From a virus (Duplodnaviria; Heunggongvirae; Uroviricota; Caudoviricetes): 35,102 bases of DNA. Position 1 is the stretch's first letter. The number at the start of each line of letters is the position of its first letter. A program made the translations under genes and the position numbers. Shown piece after piece: positions 1-10,682 of this stretch. The DNA is taken from IMG/VR virus record IMGVR_UViG_2541047701_000002; one strand, written 5' to 3'. Under the pieces are notes generated by a model that made no database searches, had not been told where the DNA came from, and was given only the letters and a program-made list of their open reading frames with translations.

Positions 1-120
1 GAAACCAATTTCATCGACTAACAGTTTATTCTGGAGGTCTTCATCCTCCTCCCAGTCAAGAGATGACAGGAAGGCCTTAAACTGCAGTTTGTCATGAAAC
101 TTCAAAGTTAAATCTTTCAT
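1..120 (-). CDS. Partial gene downstream of stf (N-terminal 40 codons, runs off window edge); occupies the tail-fiber-assembly (tfa) slot
   Basis: ATG at 118-120 overlaps the stf stop codon (ATGA coupling); frame open to position 1; translation MKDLTLKFHDKLQFKAFLSSLDWEEDEDLQNKLLVDEIGF. The N-terminus does not resemble lambda Tfa as I recall it, so function is inferred from position only. Confidence 0.45.
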   Translation of the reverse strand, partial: MKDLTLKFHDKLQFKAFLSSLDWEEDEDLQNKLLVDEIGF

Positions 121-2177
121 ACGACCTCTTTTAATTGCCTGTCATTTAATTCTTTATGCCATATGCGGAAATTGCGAATATGGCCAAACAGATGTCGTTC
201 TCCAGTATTCGTCTGCCCTCCAAATCGGATATTTTTATCAGCGGTCACACCATTATATTCACAATAAACTTCATTAACCGCTTTACCATTTGTCACCACA
301 TGAAAGTGACCATCAGCTTTTGCAATACATCCAAATGTGGTTTTCTCTGCAAATACATCTGTCGCTGCGCTATTAACATACAAGCCTGAAGGGTTTGACA
401 GACTCATATATAACTTACCACTACCTCTGTTGATTGCTGCAATTGCTGATTGCCCGGTATTGGCTGCTGCTATATCCCACACGCGGGGTGCGGCGTTTGG
501 TGCAATATCCCAGTTTTTATGAATCTCAAGTAAAAAAGTAAATGGTAACTTATAAAGATTATTTCTGGTGGGGATACTAACCAAATCACTGGCTCTTGTC
601 GTTGCGCTGCCTCCTGAAATAATAAATGATGATACACACGGCCCATTCTCTACTTGTGGGGTGGCAAGATAAATATAGTCACCAGATACTGTTGCCCCAC
701 CCCGCTCAGGAGAATACTGTATCTGAGAGCCTATTTTTAACTCACCATCAATTGCCTGAATCGTTGCCTCTGCAAAAATCCAGCCTGTGGTCTTATCCTT
801 CCTGACTCGTGCCGTAATTCTGCCGGCAGCCCCACCTGTCATATTAATTTCAAGCGTTTGCGTATCAATGTACGCATCGCCAAGAAAAGTTGTTGCACTA
901 CCATCATACTTATCAAACCGTATACGTAACCTTACCTGTCGTTCTGTTTTAAAACGGCATGAGGTTGTCACGTACTTGTTATCGCCTGAGACATCAACTG
1001 ACTTTGTTGCAGCAATTGATGCCATATTAATAGCCGAAGTTTGCCCAACCAGAGAATCGTTGCAGACAAACTTTCCATAAGTAAAACCAAAACTATCTGT
1101 CCCGGTTTCGGGCACATCCATGTTTGATGACTTCCCCCAGCTGGCTGGACTTTCCGAATTGAGCATGTAGTTCGTTCTTTGTCCCTCAATAAGCAGGCCA
1201 TCACACTCAAATCGCGGCTCATTAATTTCCGCCGTTTTCAGTTCGCCAGATTTGTTGATATATGTTGCCGTTGATGCGCGACTGAAATTAACCTGTTTAT
1301 CACTGGCGACCTGAACCACATCGTCACCAATAGCTATTTTTTTATAGCCCGGAGAAAAACCCGCAATCATATCCAGTGAATCGTTAAACGGTATCCACAC
1401 ATCAGGCAGCGGCGGCACTATATTCGCATAGGGCTCTGCAGTCACTTCCGCTGCGACTTCTGCGCGGTCTGCCGCCTTTTCAGCCCGTGTCGCTGCCGAC
1501 AGAGCCTCATCCTTTTTCTGCCCGGCCTTTGTTGCGTCTGCTGCGGCCTCCCGCGCTTTTGTGGTGGCGACTCCGGCATTTTCAGCGGCTGACTCTGCAT
1601 TACGGCGGGAAGCCTCTTCACTGTCTGCGGAGGCTTCTTCTGACGCACGGGCATTTGTCTCTGAACGTTCTGCCGCTGTTGCTGCGTTTTGTGCGGCTGT
1701 TTTTGAAGAAGCTGCCGCTTTCGCGCTGTTACCTGCATTCGTCTCTGATGTTTTCGCCGCATTCCTGGACGATGCCGCTGCTGTTTCTGATTTCTTTGCT
1801 GCCGCTGCGCTCTGAGAGGCGGCTTCAGCGTTGCGTGCCACCTCTTCCACCATCTTTTCAAAACGATACAGTGCCTCCGGACGAACATCATCTTCTGTTG
1901 CAGCGCCCAGAAAATCATTCAATGTCCCCGGCTTAGAATCCTCATACACGGTGATGGCCCCGGCATGTGAAGGCGGAAAACCTTCAACCAGCAGGATAAC
2001 GCTGTACTGGCCATACTCGACATCCATGCTGTAACGTCCGGCTTCATCCGGATTTTCTGAGGCCACCGTGTTCACCACAACCGTGGTGCTGTTACGTTTT
2101 GCTTTGAGCTGAATGGTGCAGTTCTGTATCGGTTTTCCTGCACCGTCTTTCAGCACGCCTGAAATCTGTACTGCCAT
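117..2177 (-). CDS. stf: Side tail fiber protein (lambda Stf-like)
   Basis: N-terminus MAVQISGVLKDGAGKPIQNCTIQLKAKRN matches lambda Stf; long Ala/Ser/Thr/Glu-rich repetitive shaft; divergent C-terminal region. Start trimmed to the ATG 2 codons inside the track ORF (GGAG about 8 nt upstream). Confidence 0.85.
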   Translation of the reverse strand: MAVQISGVLKDGAGKPIQNCTIQLKAKRNSTTVVVNTVASENPDEAGRYSMDVEYGQYSVILLVEGFPPSHAGAITVYEDSKPGTLNDFLGAATEDDVRPEALYRFEKMVEEVARNAEAASQSAAAAKKSETAAASSRNAAKTSETNAGNSAKAAASSKTAAQNAATAAERSETNARASEEASADSEEASRRNAESAAENAGVATTKAREAAADATKAGQKKDEALSAATRAEKAADRAEVAAEVTAEPYANIVPPLPDVWIPFNDSLDMIAGFSPGYKKIAIGDDVVQVASDKQVNFSRASTATYINKSGELKTAEINEPRFECDGLLIEGQRTNYMLNSESPASWGKSSNMDVPETGTDSFGFTYGKFVCNDSLVGQTSAINMASIAATKSVDVSGDNKYVTTSCRFKTERQVRLRIRFDKYDGSATTFLGDAYIDTQTLEINMTGGAAGRITARVRKDKTTGWIFAEATIQAIDGELKIGSQIQYSPERGGATVSGDYIYLATPQVENGPCVSSFIISGGSATTRASDLVSIPTRNNLYKLPFTFLLEIHKNWDIAPNAAPRVWDIAAANTGQSAIAAINRGSGKLYMSLSNPSGLYVNSAATDVFAEKTTFGCIAKADGHFHVVTNGKAVNEVYCEYNGVTADKNIRFGGQTNTGERHLFGHIRNFRIWHKELNDRQLKEVV

Positions 2178-2190
2178 ATTCACTCCACAA

Positions 2191-2216
2191 ATAAAAAAGG
2201 CGCCATTTCTGGCGCC
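2191..2216 (-). terminator. Rho-independent terminator-like hairpin between J and stf
   Basis: Minus strand reads GGCGCCAGAAATGGCGCC followed by TTTTTTATTTG, immediately after the J stop. Confidence 0.55.
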
Positions 2217-2235
2217 CGTATCTGGGTTATAAAAT

Positions 2236-5200
2236 TCAACTGATACTGATACCGGCTGTAGATTTCTTCATCACAACAACAAGAAGGTCGCTGATACTGG
2301 TCGTTGGCGTCCAGTTATTAGCACCATATGAAGAAACATTGAAAGTCAGGGTGACATGGCCGTGTCCGGCAGGCATATCAATGACTGATGAAAATACCCT
2401 GCTGACATCCGTCGCGGGTTGCTGAAAGATTTCCTGTCCGTTCTTCAGTACCTGCAGCTTACAGGTTGAATACCAGTATGACTGTTGGTTGTTGCTGTTG
2501 AAGTTTTCATGCTTACCCCCACGAAACAGAACGGGGGGGACTACTATCTGACGGTCAAAAGCCTGGTCATCGTACACAGTGACCGTTATTGTACCGCTGG
2601 CATAACTGCCATTTCTCGGAAAGGCTTTTCCCACCGTTTTGACAATATCACCTTCAATCTGGTTAGCTGACAGTTTTCCCAGAATCCGACAGTTCTGATT
2701 AATCGTGACGTTGTTGAGCGTCCCGGAGTTCGCGTTCACGTTACCGCTGATATCCGCATTTTTCGCAGAAAGTCGACCATCAGGTGTCAGTGAAAACGTT
2801 GGGGGATTGCCACCGCTGGTAATGGTGGGAGCCGTCAGATATTTCAGGAACACTTCGTTCATGAATATCTGATCGCCCTGCCCAACAAACATCGGCTTTG
2901 TGTTGCCATTCGCAGGATTAATCATCGCAATCCTGTCCGCCGCCAGCAGCACCTGACTCTGCATACCGTCAGGAGTATTCTCAACACCGGCACCAATACC
3001 CGCGATATAAAGGCGTCCGTCCTGCATCTGCTGCAGCTTCACAGCCCACATGCTGTTCAGGTTATTATTTGTATCAACCTGAACCTTCTGTATCTGCTGG
3101 ATCGCTGCACTCTGGTCTTCCAGTTTCTTATTGACGGTCTGCGTGATTTCATTGCTGACACCCGTAATGGACGTCCTGATTTCAGCCAGGTCAGGCGCAA
3201 GCTGACCGTTATCAATCTGCGTCCACAACTCCTGAGCCAGATGGGTTTTCCCTATCTCTCCTTTGAAAAAATTCAGATAGCCGGATGCATCATCACTCGG
3301 CTGGCCAACAGCCTCCACAAATGCCGATTTGCCAACGGTGTTCACACTGCGGATGTAAAAATAATAATCATGGCCCGGTTTGATATTGATACTGGCGGCT
3401 ATCCAGTACAGCGCCGTGCCAAGATAGCGTGCTGTGGTTTCAACCTGCCTGATATCCGCAATCCGCTTTTCCGAGAACCAGAACTCAAACTGTACCGTCG
3501 GATCATAAACCGCAAGATGCGGCGTGGCGGTTATCTGAAAATACCCCGGTGTCAGCTCAATCTGCGACGGCGCTGCCGGTGCGGCAATCCGGAACGATAC
3601 CGATGCCGGATCGCCCTGCTGCCCCCACGCATTTACCGCCCGGACTGTCAGCCTGTAGTTCCCCAGCGCCAGTTGCCTGAAGCGGTATGTGGTTTCCGTC
3701 GTCCGGGCCGTGCTGACCAGCCGCTCACTGCCGTCATCCGCTGCCACGGTCAGGCGAAGCATAAAGCTCACCCCCTTCACCACCTTCGGCGTGTCCCAGC
3801 GCGCCAGCACCTGATATTCCCCGCTGTCTGCGGTGACTTCGGCAGTCAGGTGCTGCACCGCTGGCGGCGTGACACCATTCACCGTGCCGCTCTGGTCGCC
3901 GTCAAAGTGCGCCCCGTTATCCACGATGGCCTCTTTTTCCGGTACATGCTGCACGGCAGTGATGGCATACGTGCCGTCATCGTTCTCACGGATACTCACA
4001 CAGCGGAACAGGCGCTGGCGCAACGTTGGCAACTTCAGCCCCCACACGCTGTATTCTGCAACGCCGTCAGGAACACGGCTCACTTTTACCTTCACGCCGT
4101 CGGTGACGGACTGGACCTCCACGCTGACCGGATTCCCCTGTCCGTCAGCCAGGCTTATCAGCGTGGTGCCGGAGGATGGCAGCGTGATTTCACGGTCGAG
4201 CGTCAGTGTCCGCGTCTGGTTGTTCACCGCCAGCACGCGCCCGCCGATGCTGATCCCCGCATAGTCATCATCACAGATTTCAATGACATCGCCCGGTACA
4301 TGGCGAAGCCCTTCTGCACCCACGCTGAAGTCCACGGTCTGCGTTTCCAGCAGCTCCGTTTTAATCAGCCACAGCCCGGCGCGGTGTGCCTGCCCCCGGC
4401 TGGTACAGCCAAAGGCATCCATCTTCGTGACGTTACGACCGTAACGGGCAATGGCCTGCGTGTCCTCCACAAGCTCTGTCGCCGTCTCCCAGCCGTTATC
4501 CGGGTCAATCCAGTTCACCTCAACGGCATTATGGCGGTCTTTCAGGGCGCTGAAGCTGTAGCGGAACGGCGCGCCATCATCCGGCATCACCACATTACTG
4601 CGGTTATAGGTCCACACCTTATCCGACGGTCGGTCCTGCACGAATGTCAGCGTCTGCCCGTTCCATACCGGCATACAGCGCATCGCCGAGCAAAAATCAC
4701 TGAGCACATCCCACGCCTTGCGCTGTGTGGTCAGGTACGCATTACAGGTGATGCGCGGCTCCGTGCCGCCAAAGCCGTCCGGCACTGACTGGTCGCAATT
4801 CTGGCCGATGACATACAGCGCCCATTTATCCACATCTGCCGCACCAAGACGTTTCCCCATGCCGTAGCGCGGATGGGTCAGCATATCCCACAGACACCAG
4901 GCCATGTTGTTGCTGTATGCTGGCTTAAACGTTCCGTCCCAGATACCGCTGTATTGCCGCGTCTGCGGGTTATAGTTCGACGGCACCTGCAGAATGCGCC
5001 CGCGAAGATGATAATTACGGCTCACCTGCTGGCTGCCGAACTGCTCCGAGTCCACCTGCACGCCGACCAGTGCCGTGTTCGGGTAGCACTGTTTCACATC
5101 GATGATTTCGGTGTATGACGACCAGAGCGTTTTGTTCTGCAGCTGGTCTGTGGTGCTGTCCGGCGTCATCCTGCGCATCCGTATATTGAACGGGCGCGGC

Positions 5201-5718
5201 GGCAGGTTACCCACCACCACCGAGGCCAGATACTGCGAGGTGGTTTTGCCCTTAATGGTGATGTCTTTTTCCGTCACCCAGCCACCATTACGCTGTATCT
5301 GAACCAGCAGACGGACTTCCGACGGATTCCTGTCACCCTTTGAGGTGGTTTCCACCAGTGCCTGTACACCGAAGGTAAAGCGCAGACGGTCGATGTTTGC
5401 CGACGTAATGGTGCGGGTGATCGGCGTGTCATATTTCACTTCCGTACCCAGCACCGTCTCGGAGCCGGAGGATTCAAATCCCTCCGGCGGTGACTGCTCC
5501 TGCTCACCTGCCCGGAACACCACCGTGACGCCGGATATATTGGTATTCCCCTCACTGTCCAGCACCGGCGTACTGTTCAGCAGCACGCTTTTTAATCCAT
5601 CCACCGGACCTTCAACCGGCCCTTCGCTGATGGCATCAATCACACTCAGCAGCTGCGTGGATTTCAGGTTGTCCTTCGCTTCGCGCGGGGTATGCCCCTT
5701 ACTGCTGCCTTTACCCAT
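2236..5718 (-). CDS. J: Tail tip / host specificity protein J
   Basis: 1160 aa; N-terminus [34 protein letters not shown] and most of the length near-identical to lambda J; C-terminal receptor-binding end diverges. Confidence 0.95.
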   Translation of the reverse strand: MGKGSSKGHTPREAKDNLKSTQLLSVIDAISEGPVEGPVDGLKSVLLNSTPVLDSEGNTNISGVTVVFRAGEQEQSPPEGFESSGSETVLGTEVKYDTPITRTITSANIDRLRFTFGVQALVETTSKGDRNPSEVRLLVQIQRNGGWVTEKDITIKGKTTSQYLASVVVGNLPPRPFNIRMRRMTPDSTTDQLQNKTLWSSYTEIIDVKQCYPNTALVGVQVDSEQFGSQQVSRNYHLRGRILQVPSNYNPQTRQYSGIWDGTFKPAYSNNMAWCLWDMLTHPRYGMGKRLGAADVDKWALYVIGQNCDQSVPDGFGGTEPRITCNAYLTTQRKAWDVLSDFCSAMRCMPVWNGQTLTFVQDRPSDKVWTYNRSNVVMPDDGAPFRYSFSALKDRHNAVEVNWIDPDNGWETATELVEDTQAIARYGRNVTKMDAFGCTSRGQAHRAGLWLIKTELLETQTVDFSVGAEGLRHVPGDVIEICDDDYAGISIGGRVLAVNNQTRTLTLDREITLPSSGTTLISLADGQGNPVSVEVQSVTDGVKVKVSRVPDGVAEYSVWGLKLPTLRQRLFRCVSIRENDDGTYAITAVQHVPEKEAIVDNGAHFDGDQSGTVNGVTPPAVQHLTAEVTADSGEYQVLARWDTPKVVKGVSFMLRLTVAADDGSERLVSTARTTETTYRFRQLALGNYRLTVRAVNAWGQQGDPASVSFRIAAPAAPSQIELTPGYFQITATPHLAVYDPTVQFEFWFSEKRIADIRQVETTARYLGTALYWIAASINIKPGHDYYFYIRSVNTVGKSAFVEAVGQPSDDASGYLNFFKGEIGKTHLAQELWTQIDNGQLAPDLAEIRTSITGVSNEITQTVNKKLEDQSAAIQQIQKVQVDTNNNLNSMWAVKLQQMQDGRLYIAGIGAGVENTPDGMQSQVLLAADRIAMINPANGNTKPMFVGQGDQIFMNEVFLKYLTAPTITSGGNPPTFSLTPDGRLSAKNADISGNVNANSGTLNNVTINQNCRILGKLSANQIEGDIVKTVGKAFPRNGSYASGTITVTVYDDQAFDRQIVVPPVLFRGGKHENFNSNNQQSYWYSTCKLQVLKNGQEIFQQPATDVSRVFSSVIDMPAGHGHVTLTFNVSSYGANNWTPTTSISDLLVVVMKKSTAGISIS

Positions 5719-5778
5719 TCGTCATGCTCCATAAACGATAAAACCGCCCGGAGGCGGTTTCACATAAAACATTTTGCA

Positions 5779-6450
5779 TCAGCGACCAATCACCACAACC
5801 TGACCACCATCCCCTTCGTCTGCCGTGCTGATCTCCTGAGAAACCACGCGTGACCCCACGCGCATTTCACCGTACAGAACCGGCAGAACATTGCCCTGGG
5901 CAACCATGTTATCCAGTGAGGAGAAATAGGTGTTCTGTTTGCCGTTATCCGTTGTCTGTGTACGGGGAGTTCTGGCTTTCGGTGCCAGCATCTGCGCCAC
6001 ACCACCGAGCACCATACTGGCACCGAGAGAAAACAGGATGCCGGTCATACCACCGGCCCCAATGGCTGCCCCCCATGCTGCAAGGGTGGCTCCGGCGGTA
6101 AAGAATGATCCGGCAATGGCGGCAGCCCCCAGGACAATCTGGAATACGCCACCTGACTTGGCCCCGGCGACTCTGGGAACAATATGAATCACAGCGCCAT
6201 CAGGCAGAGTCTCATGTAACTGCGCCGTTAACCCGGACGTGCTGACGTCCCGCCCGGCAATCCGTACCTGATACCAGCCGTCGCTCAGTTTCTGACGAAA
6301 CACCGGGAGCTGTGTGGCCAGTGCGCGGATGGCTTCAGCCCCCGTTTTCACACGAAGGTCGATGCGGCGGCCAAATCGTTGTAAATCCCCGTAAAGGCAG
6401 ATGCGCGCCATGCCCGGTGACGCCAGAGGGAGTGTGTGCGTCGCTGCCAT
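5779..6450 (-). CDS. I: Tail tip assembly protein I
   Basis: 223 aa, MAATHTLPLASPGMARICLYGDLQRFGRR matches lambda I; overlaps K by 103 bp as in lambda. Confidence 0.93.
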   Translation of the reverse strand: MAATHTLPLASPGMARICLYGDLQRFGRRIDLRVKTGAEAIRALATQLPVFRQKLSDGWYQVRIAGRDVSTSGLTAQLHETLPDGAVIHIVPRVAGAKSGGVFQIVLGAAAIAGSFFTAGATLAAWGAAIGAGGMTGILFSLGASMVLGGVAQMLAPKARTPRTQTTDNGKQNTYFSSLDNMVAQGNVLPVLYGEMRVGSRVVSQEISTADEGDGGQVVVIGR

Positions 6451-7091
6451 TTGTCGGTATACCTCTCTCGTTTACTCAGTTGTTCAGGAATATGGTGCAG
6501 CAGCTCGCCGTCACCACAGTAAATAGCGGCATGATTCGGCACCGATGAACCAAAGCAGCACAGCAGCACATCGCCCGGCTGCGCCGCTGACAACGGCACC
6601 TGATACAGCCCTGTGGCCTCCAGATTATCAAGATAGAGATTCTGGCCGTTACGCCACCAGTCATCCTCACGATGAAAGTCCGGCATCTCAATCCCCGCCA
6701 GATGGTAAGCGTCCCGGAACAGCGTGTAACAGTCCGTCACCCCGTGCTCAAAGCGCCGCCCGGTGAGATGCGGCACACAGCGGAACTTATGAATCGCCCC
6801 CCGGCAGACCAGCCACCACGGCAAATCACTCTGCACCTGCAGCCGCCGGTCGGCCTCACTCAGCCAGGGCAGACCACCGGGATGACTGTGGACCAGCGCC
6901 ACAATCTCACCCTGCATCTCTGCCTGCAGCCAGTCCTCCGGAGCCATCCGGAAATACGCCTCCGGCTCACCGGAGATATTCACGCAGGGAAAATATCTTT
7001 CCCCCTCCGGCGCTCTCACCACGAAGCCGCACGACTCCGCTGGCGCACATCGCCGGGCATGCGCCAGAATCGCTGATTCTGTCTCTGTCAT
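6348..7091 (-). CDS. K: Tail tip assembly protein K (MPN/JAMM plus NlpC/P60-like)
   Basis: HSHPGG...S..D JAMM-type motif and lambda K sequence; the track ORF extends 48 codons upstream of the classically annotated 199-aa K and begins 5 nt after the L stop. Confidence 0.85.
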   Translation of the reverse strand: MTETESAILAHARRCAPAESCGFVVRAPEGERYFPCVNISGEPEAYFRMAPEDWLQAEMQGEIVALVHSHPGGLPWLSEADRRLQVQSDLPWWLVCRGAIHKFRCVPHLTGRRFEHGVTDCYTLFRDAYHLAGIEMPDFHREDDWWRNGQNLYLDNLEATGLYQVPLSAAQPGDVLLCCFGSSVPNHAAIYCGDGELLHHIPEQLSKRERYTDKWQRRTHSLWRHRAWRASAFTGIYNDLAAASTFV

Positions 7092-7096
7092 GGGAT

Positions 7097-7795
7097 TTAC
7101 TGCGAAAGTTTGTTAATGGAAAGGAAGCCGCCAAAGTTGCCGACGTTATTGCGAAACTTACAGCCGCTCAGGCATTTGCTGCATTTATCCTTCGTGATAT
7201 CGGAAGTCGGCTGATCATATTCATCCGCGACCGCCGGACCGTGATAACCGCACTCATCACCGCGATAGGTCCAGGTGCAGGTATTAGCCAGCATGATGCG
7301 CCCCGGAAAAACGGCACCATCCGTTTCCGTCGGTGTGGACAGTACAAAGGAGGCACTGACCGCACTCAGTTCGCTGCACTGCTCGATGCGCCAGCGGCTG
7401 ATCACCTCCTGCTCCGGATCGGCGTCGCTGTTTCCGTTGACGAAGTTCACCGCATCCAGAAAACGGGCGTAAACCTTACGCCTGACCACCGTTCCGCCGA
7501 CCAGACTCTGCAGATCTTCCACCATCCCGGTGACCATACCGTACAGGTTAGAAACCGTCAGCGTGGGGCGCGTACTGGTGCCTTTGCCATTCAGTTCAAA
7601 ACTACTCCCCTGAATGGGATACGGCTGATACTGTCGCCCCTGCCAGGTGACCGGCTCACCTTTTTCGTTCTGCTCATTACAGAAAAAATAACGTTCTCCA
7701 CCGACCTCTGTCAGATCGATTTCCCAGAGCACCACGCTGGCCGACTGCTCCGCACGGGTGCATTCATTCAATGTTTCCTGCCGGATATCCTGCAT
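7097..7795 (-). CDS. L: Tail tip protein L
   Basis: 232 aa, lambda L-like sequence and synteny; C-terminal Cys cluster. Confidence 0.93.
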   Translation of the reverse strand: MQDIRQETLNECTRAEQSASVVLWEIDLTEVGGERYFFCNEQNEKGEPVTWQGRQYQPYPIQGSSFELNGKGTSTRPTLTVSNLYGMVTGMVEDLQSLVGGTVVRRKVYARFLDAVNFVNGNSDADPEQEVISRWRIEQCSELSAVSASFVLSTPTETDGAVFPGRIMLANTCTWTYRGDECGYHGPAVADEYDQPTSDITKDKCSKCLSGCKFRNNVGNFGGFLSINKLSQ

Positions 7796-8124
7796 CAGTT
7801 CACCACCTGTTCAAACTCTGCGCTGAACTCAACACGCAGCATACTGACCCGCGACGACCATTTTGCGCAGGTCACCTTTATCTGCCTGTAACCATAAGGC
7901 GGCGTCCACAGAAAGGCCTTCCAGCCCCCGTGCTCAGCCAGAAACGACTCCAGCGCCGTGGCCTCCTCACGGGAGACAGACAGCGTCACGCTGTACGTTT
8001 TCAGGTCAGCGTTCAGCCCGGCAGGCGCACGCTGGGAATAGCCATCACCAAAGCGCACCTCCCTGACGGAAGGAGCCGATGTCACATCCATCCCGGGTTT
8101 CACTTTCCAGCGGAAGGTTTTCAT
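7795..8124 (-). CDS. M: Tail tip protein M
   Basis: 109 aa, lambda M-like; synteny between H and L. Confidence 0.93.
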   Translation of the reverse strand: MKTFRWKVKPGMDVTSAPSVREVRFGDGYSQRAPAGLNADLKTYSVTLSVSREEATALESFLAEHGGWKAFLWTPPYGYRQIKVTCAKWSSRVSMLRVEFSAEFEQVVN

Positions 8125-10682
8125 CGTCCACCTCCGGAGAACAGACCACCATCGCGCATCTGTGCCTGGATTTCATCACGGGCACCCTTGCGGGCCATGT
8201 CATACACCGCCTTCATCATCTGTGGACCTGGCAGACCATTCGTACCGTCGTTCTGAATCACCACGTTGTTGTTCTGCTCAAACCTGATACCCTCTGAACG
8301 CCGCATTTGCGCCGGACTTCCGGTGCCACCGACATAACCGCCGGTGGCATAGCCGCGCATCAGCCGGTAGAGATTTCCCACGCCAATCCGGCTGGTTGCC
8401 TCCTTCGTGAAGACAAATTCACCACGGTGAACAATCCCCGCTGGCTCATATTTGCCGCCGGTTCCCGTAAATCCTCCGGTTGCAAAATGGAGTTTCGCCG
8501 CAGCGGCCTGAATGGCTGTACCGCCTGACGCGGATGCGCCGCCACCAACAGCCCCGCCAATAGCGCTGCCGATACTCCCGACAATCCCCACCATTGCCTG
8601 CTTAAGCAGAATTTCTGTCATCATGGACAGCACGGAACGGGTGAAGCTGCGCCAGTTCTGTTCACTGCCGGTCAGCATCGCCGCCATATTCTGCGCAATA
8701 CCATCAAAGGTCTGCGTGGCAGCACTTTTAACCTGCGACATACTGTCCGTGGCACTCTCTTCCCACTCACTCCAGCCGGACTTCAGGCCTGCCATCCAGT
8801 TCCCGCGAAGCAGGTCTTCAGCCGCCCAGGTCTTTTTCTGCTCTGACATGACGTTATTCAGCGCCAGAGGATTATCGCCATACTGTTCCTTCAGGCGCTG
8901 TTCCGTGGCTTCCCGTTCTGCCTGCCGGTCAGTCAGCCCCCGGCTTTTCGCATCAATAGCGGCCCGTTTTGCCCGTTGCTGCTGTGCGAATTTATCCGCC
9001 TGCTGCGCCAGCGCGTTCAGGCGCTCCTGATACGTAACCTTGTCGCCAAGTGCAGCCAGCTGGCGTTTGTACTCCAGCGTCTCATCTTTATGCGCCAGCA
9101 GGGATTTCTCCTGTGCAGACAGCTGGCGACGTTGCGCCGCCTCCTCCAGTACCGCGAACTGACTCTCCGCCTTCCACAAATCCCGGCGCTGCTGGCTGAT
9201 TTTCTCATTTGCTCCGGCATGCTTCTCCAGCGTCCGGAGTTCAGCCTGAAGCGTCAGCAGGGCAGCATGAGCACTGTCTTCCTGACGATCGCCCGCAGAC
9301 ACCTTCACGCCGGACTGTTTCGGCTTTTTCAGCGTCGCTTCATAATCCTTTTTCGCCGCCGCCATCAGCGTGTTGTAATCTGCCTGCAGGATTTTCCCGT
9401 CTTTCAGTGCCTTGTTCAGTTCTTCCTGACGGGCGGTATATTTCTCCAGCGGTGTCTGCAGCCGTTCGTAAGCCTTCTGCGCCTCTTCGGTATATTTCAG
9501 CCGTGATGCTTCGGTATCGCTCTGCTGCTGCGCATTTTTGTCCTGTTGACTCTGCTGTTCAGCCTTCTTTCGGGCGGCTTCAAGCGCAAGACGGGCCTTT
9601 TCACGATCATCCCAGTAACGCGCCCGCGCTTCATCGTTAACAAAATAATCATCCTTGCGCAGATTCCAGATGTCGTCCGCTTTCTTAAACGCAGCCTCTG
9701 CCTTAATCAGCATCTCCTGAGCGGTATCAGGACGACCAATATCCAGCACCGCATCCCACATGGATTTGAATGCCCGTGCTGTCCTGTCTGCCCAGGTTTC
9801 CAGCGTGCCCATGTTCTCTTTCAGGCGTCGGGTCTGGTCATCAAACCCTTTCGTTGCGGCCTCGTTCGCCGCCTGCAATGCCCCGGATTCATCGCCGGAA
9901 CGCTGCAACTGAGCAACATACGCAATCTGCTCCGCCGTTACGTTATGGAACTGGCGCGCCATCGCCGTCAGCCCCGACGTCGGGTCAGTGGTCAGCTTCC
10001 CGAAGGCTTCAGCGACCTTGTCCACCTCCACGCCGGATGCAGAGGAGAAACGCGCCACACTCTGGCTGATGGATGCAATCTGAGCCTCACCGCTTACTCC
10101 CGCCTTAACCAGTGCGCTGAGTGACTCGCTGGTCTGGTTAAACGTCAGCCCTGCCGCCTGCCCGGCTCTGGACAGGACCAGCATACGATCTGCCGTCAGA
10201 CCCGACTGATTGCCGGAAAGGACCAGCGTTTTGTTGAAATCGGACAGGGTTGAGTTACCCTGATACCAGGCATACGCCAGCGCACCGGTCGCCACCGCCA
10301 GCGAGGTGGCCCCGACCATCGGCAGGGTGATCGCACCGGCAAGCCCCCGGAACATGGGGATCATCCCGCCGAAGGAGTCCTTAACCTGACCACCCTGTTG
10401 CAGCAGGATCAGCCACGGGCTTTGCCCGCCTGCAAGCTGCGTGGCCACGTCGGTGAACTGTGCAGGCAGCATACGCATGGCGGCTTTATACTGCCCGACG
10501 GAAATCCCCGCTTTCTGTGCAGCCAGCGCCTGTCGGCTCAGCGACTGTTCAACGACTGCCGCTGTTTTTTTCGCATCACTTTCCGTACCGGAAAAATGAC
10601 GCCTGACTCTGGCCATCTGCTCGTCAAATCTGGCCGCATCCAGACTTAAATCAACGACCAGATCGCCTACCGGTTCAGCCAT
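8121..10682 (-). CDS. H: Tail tape measure protein H
   Basis: 853 aa (same length as lambda H); coiled-coil rich; lambda H-like N- and C-termini. Confidence 0.95.
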   Translation of the reverse strand: MAEPVGDLVVDLSLDAARFDEQMARVRRHFSGTESDAKKTAAVVEQSLSRQALAAQKAGISVGQYKAAMRMLPAQFTDVATQLAGGQSPWLILLQQGGQVKDSFGGMIPMFRGLAGAITLPMVGATSLAVATGALAYAWYQGNSTLSDFNKTLVLSGNQSGLTADRMLVLSRAGQAAGLTFNQTSESLSALVKAGVSGEAQIASISQSVARFSSASGVEVDKVAEAFGKLTTDPTSGLTAMARQFHNVTAEQIAYVAQLQRSGDESGALQAANEAATKGFDDQTRRLKENMGTLETWADRTARAFKSMWDAVLDIGRPDTAQEMLIKAEAAFKKADDIWNLRKDDYFVNDEARARYWDDREKARLALEAARKKAEQQSQQDKNAQQQSDTEASRLKYTEEAQKAYERLQTPLEKYTARQEELNKALKDGKILQADYNTLMAAAKKDYEATLKKPKQSGVKVSAGDRQEDSAHAALLTLQAELRTLEKHAGANEKISQQRRDLWKAESQFAVLEEAAQRRQLSAQEKSLLAHKDETLEYKRQLAALGDKVTYQERLNALAQQADKFAQQQRAKRAAIDAKSRGLTDRQAEREATEQRLKEQYGDNPLALNNVMSEQKKTWAAEDLLRGNWMAGLKSGWSEWEESATDSMSQVKSAATQTFDGIAQNMAAMLTGSEQNWRSFTRSVLSMMTEILLKQAMVGIVGSIGSAIGGAVGGGASASGGTAIQAAAAKLHFATGGFTGTGGKYEPAGIVHRGEFVFTKEATSRIGVGNLYRLMRGYATGGYVGGTGSPAQMRRSEGIRFEQNNNVVIQNDGTNGLPGPQMMKAVYDMARKGARDEIQAQMRDGGLFSGGGR

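Noticed and set aside
1442-1936. ORFs of 149-158 aa on both strands in the stf shaft
   Set aside because: Generated by the repetitive Ala/Ser-rich coding repeats of stf; extreme Arg/Gln/Lys or Leu/Pro composition.
2184-2235. Looked for a lom gene between J and stf as in lambda
   Set aside because: Only a 52-bp intergenic region containing a hairpin is present; there is no room for a gene.
3241-4788. 515-aa plus-strand ORF
   Set aside because: Lies entirely antisense within the J gene, which has a strong lambda match; Arg/Pro/His-rich composition typical of a GC-rich antisense shadow ORF.
8976-10124. Several plus-strand ORFs of 143-192 aa
   Set aside because: Antisense to the tape measure gene H; low-complexity Arg/Leu/Gln-rich translations; no start context.
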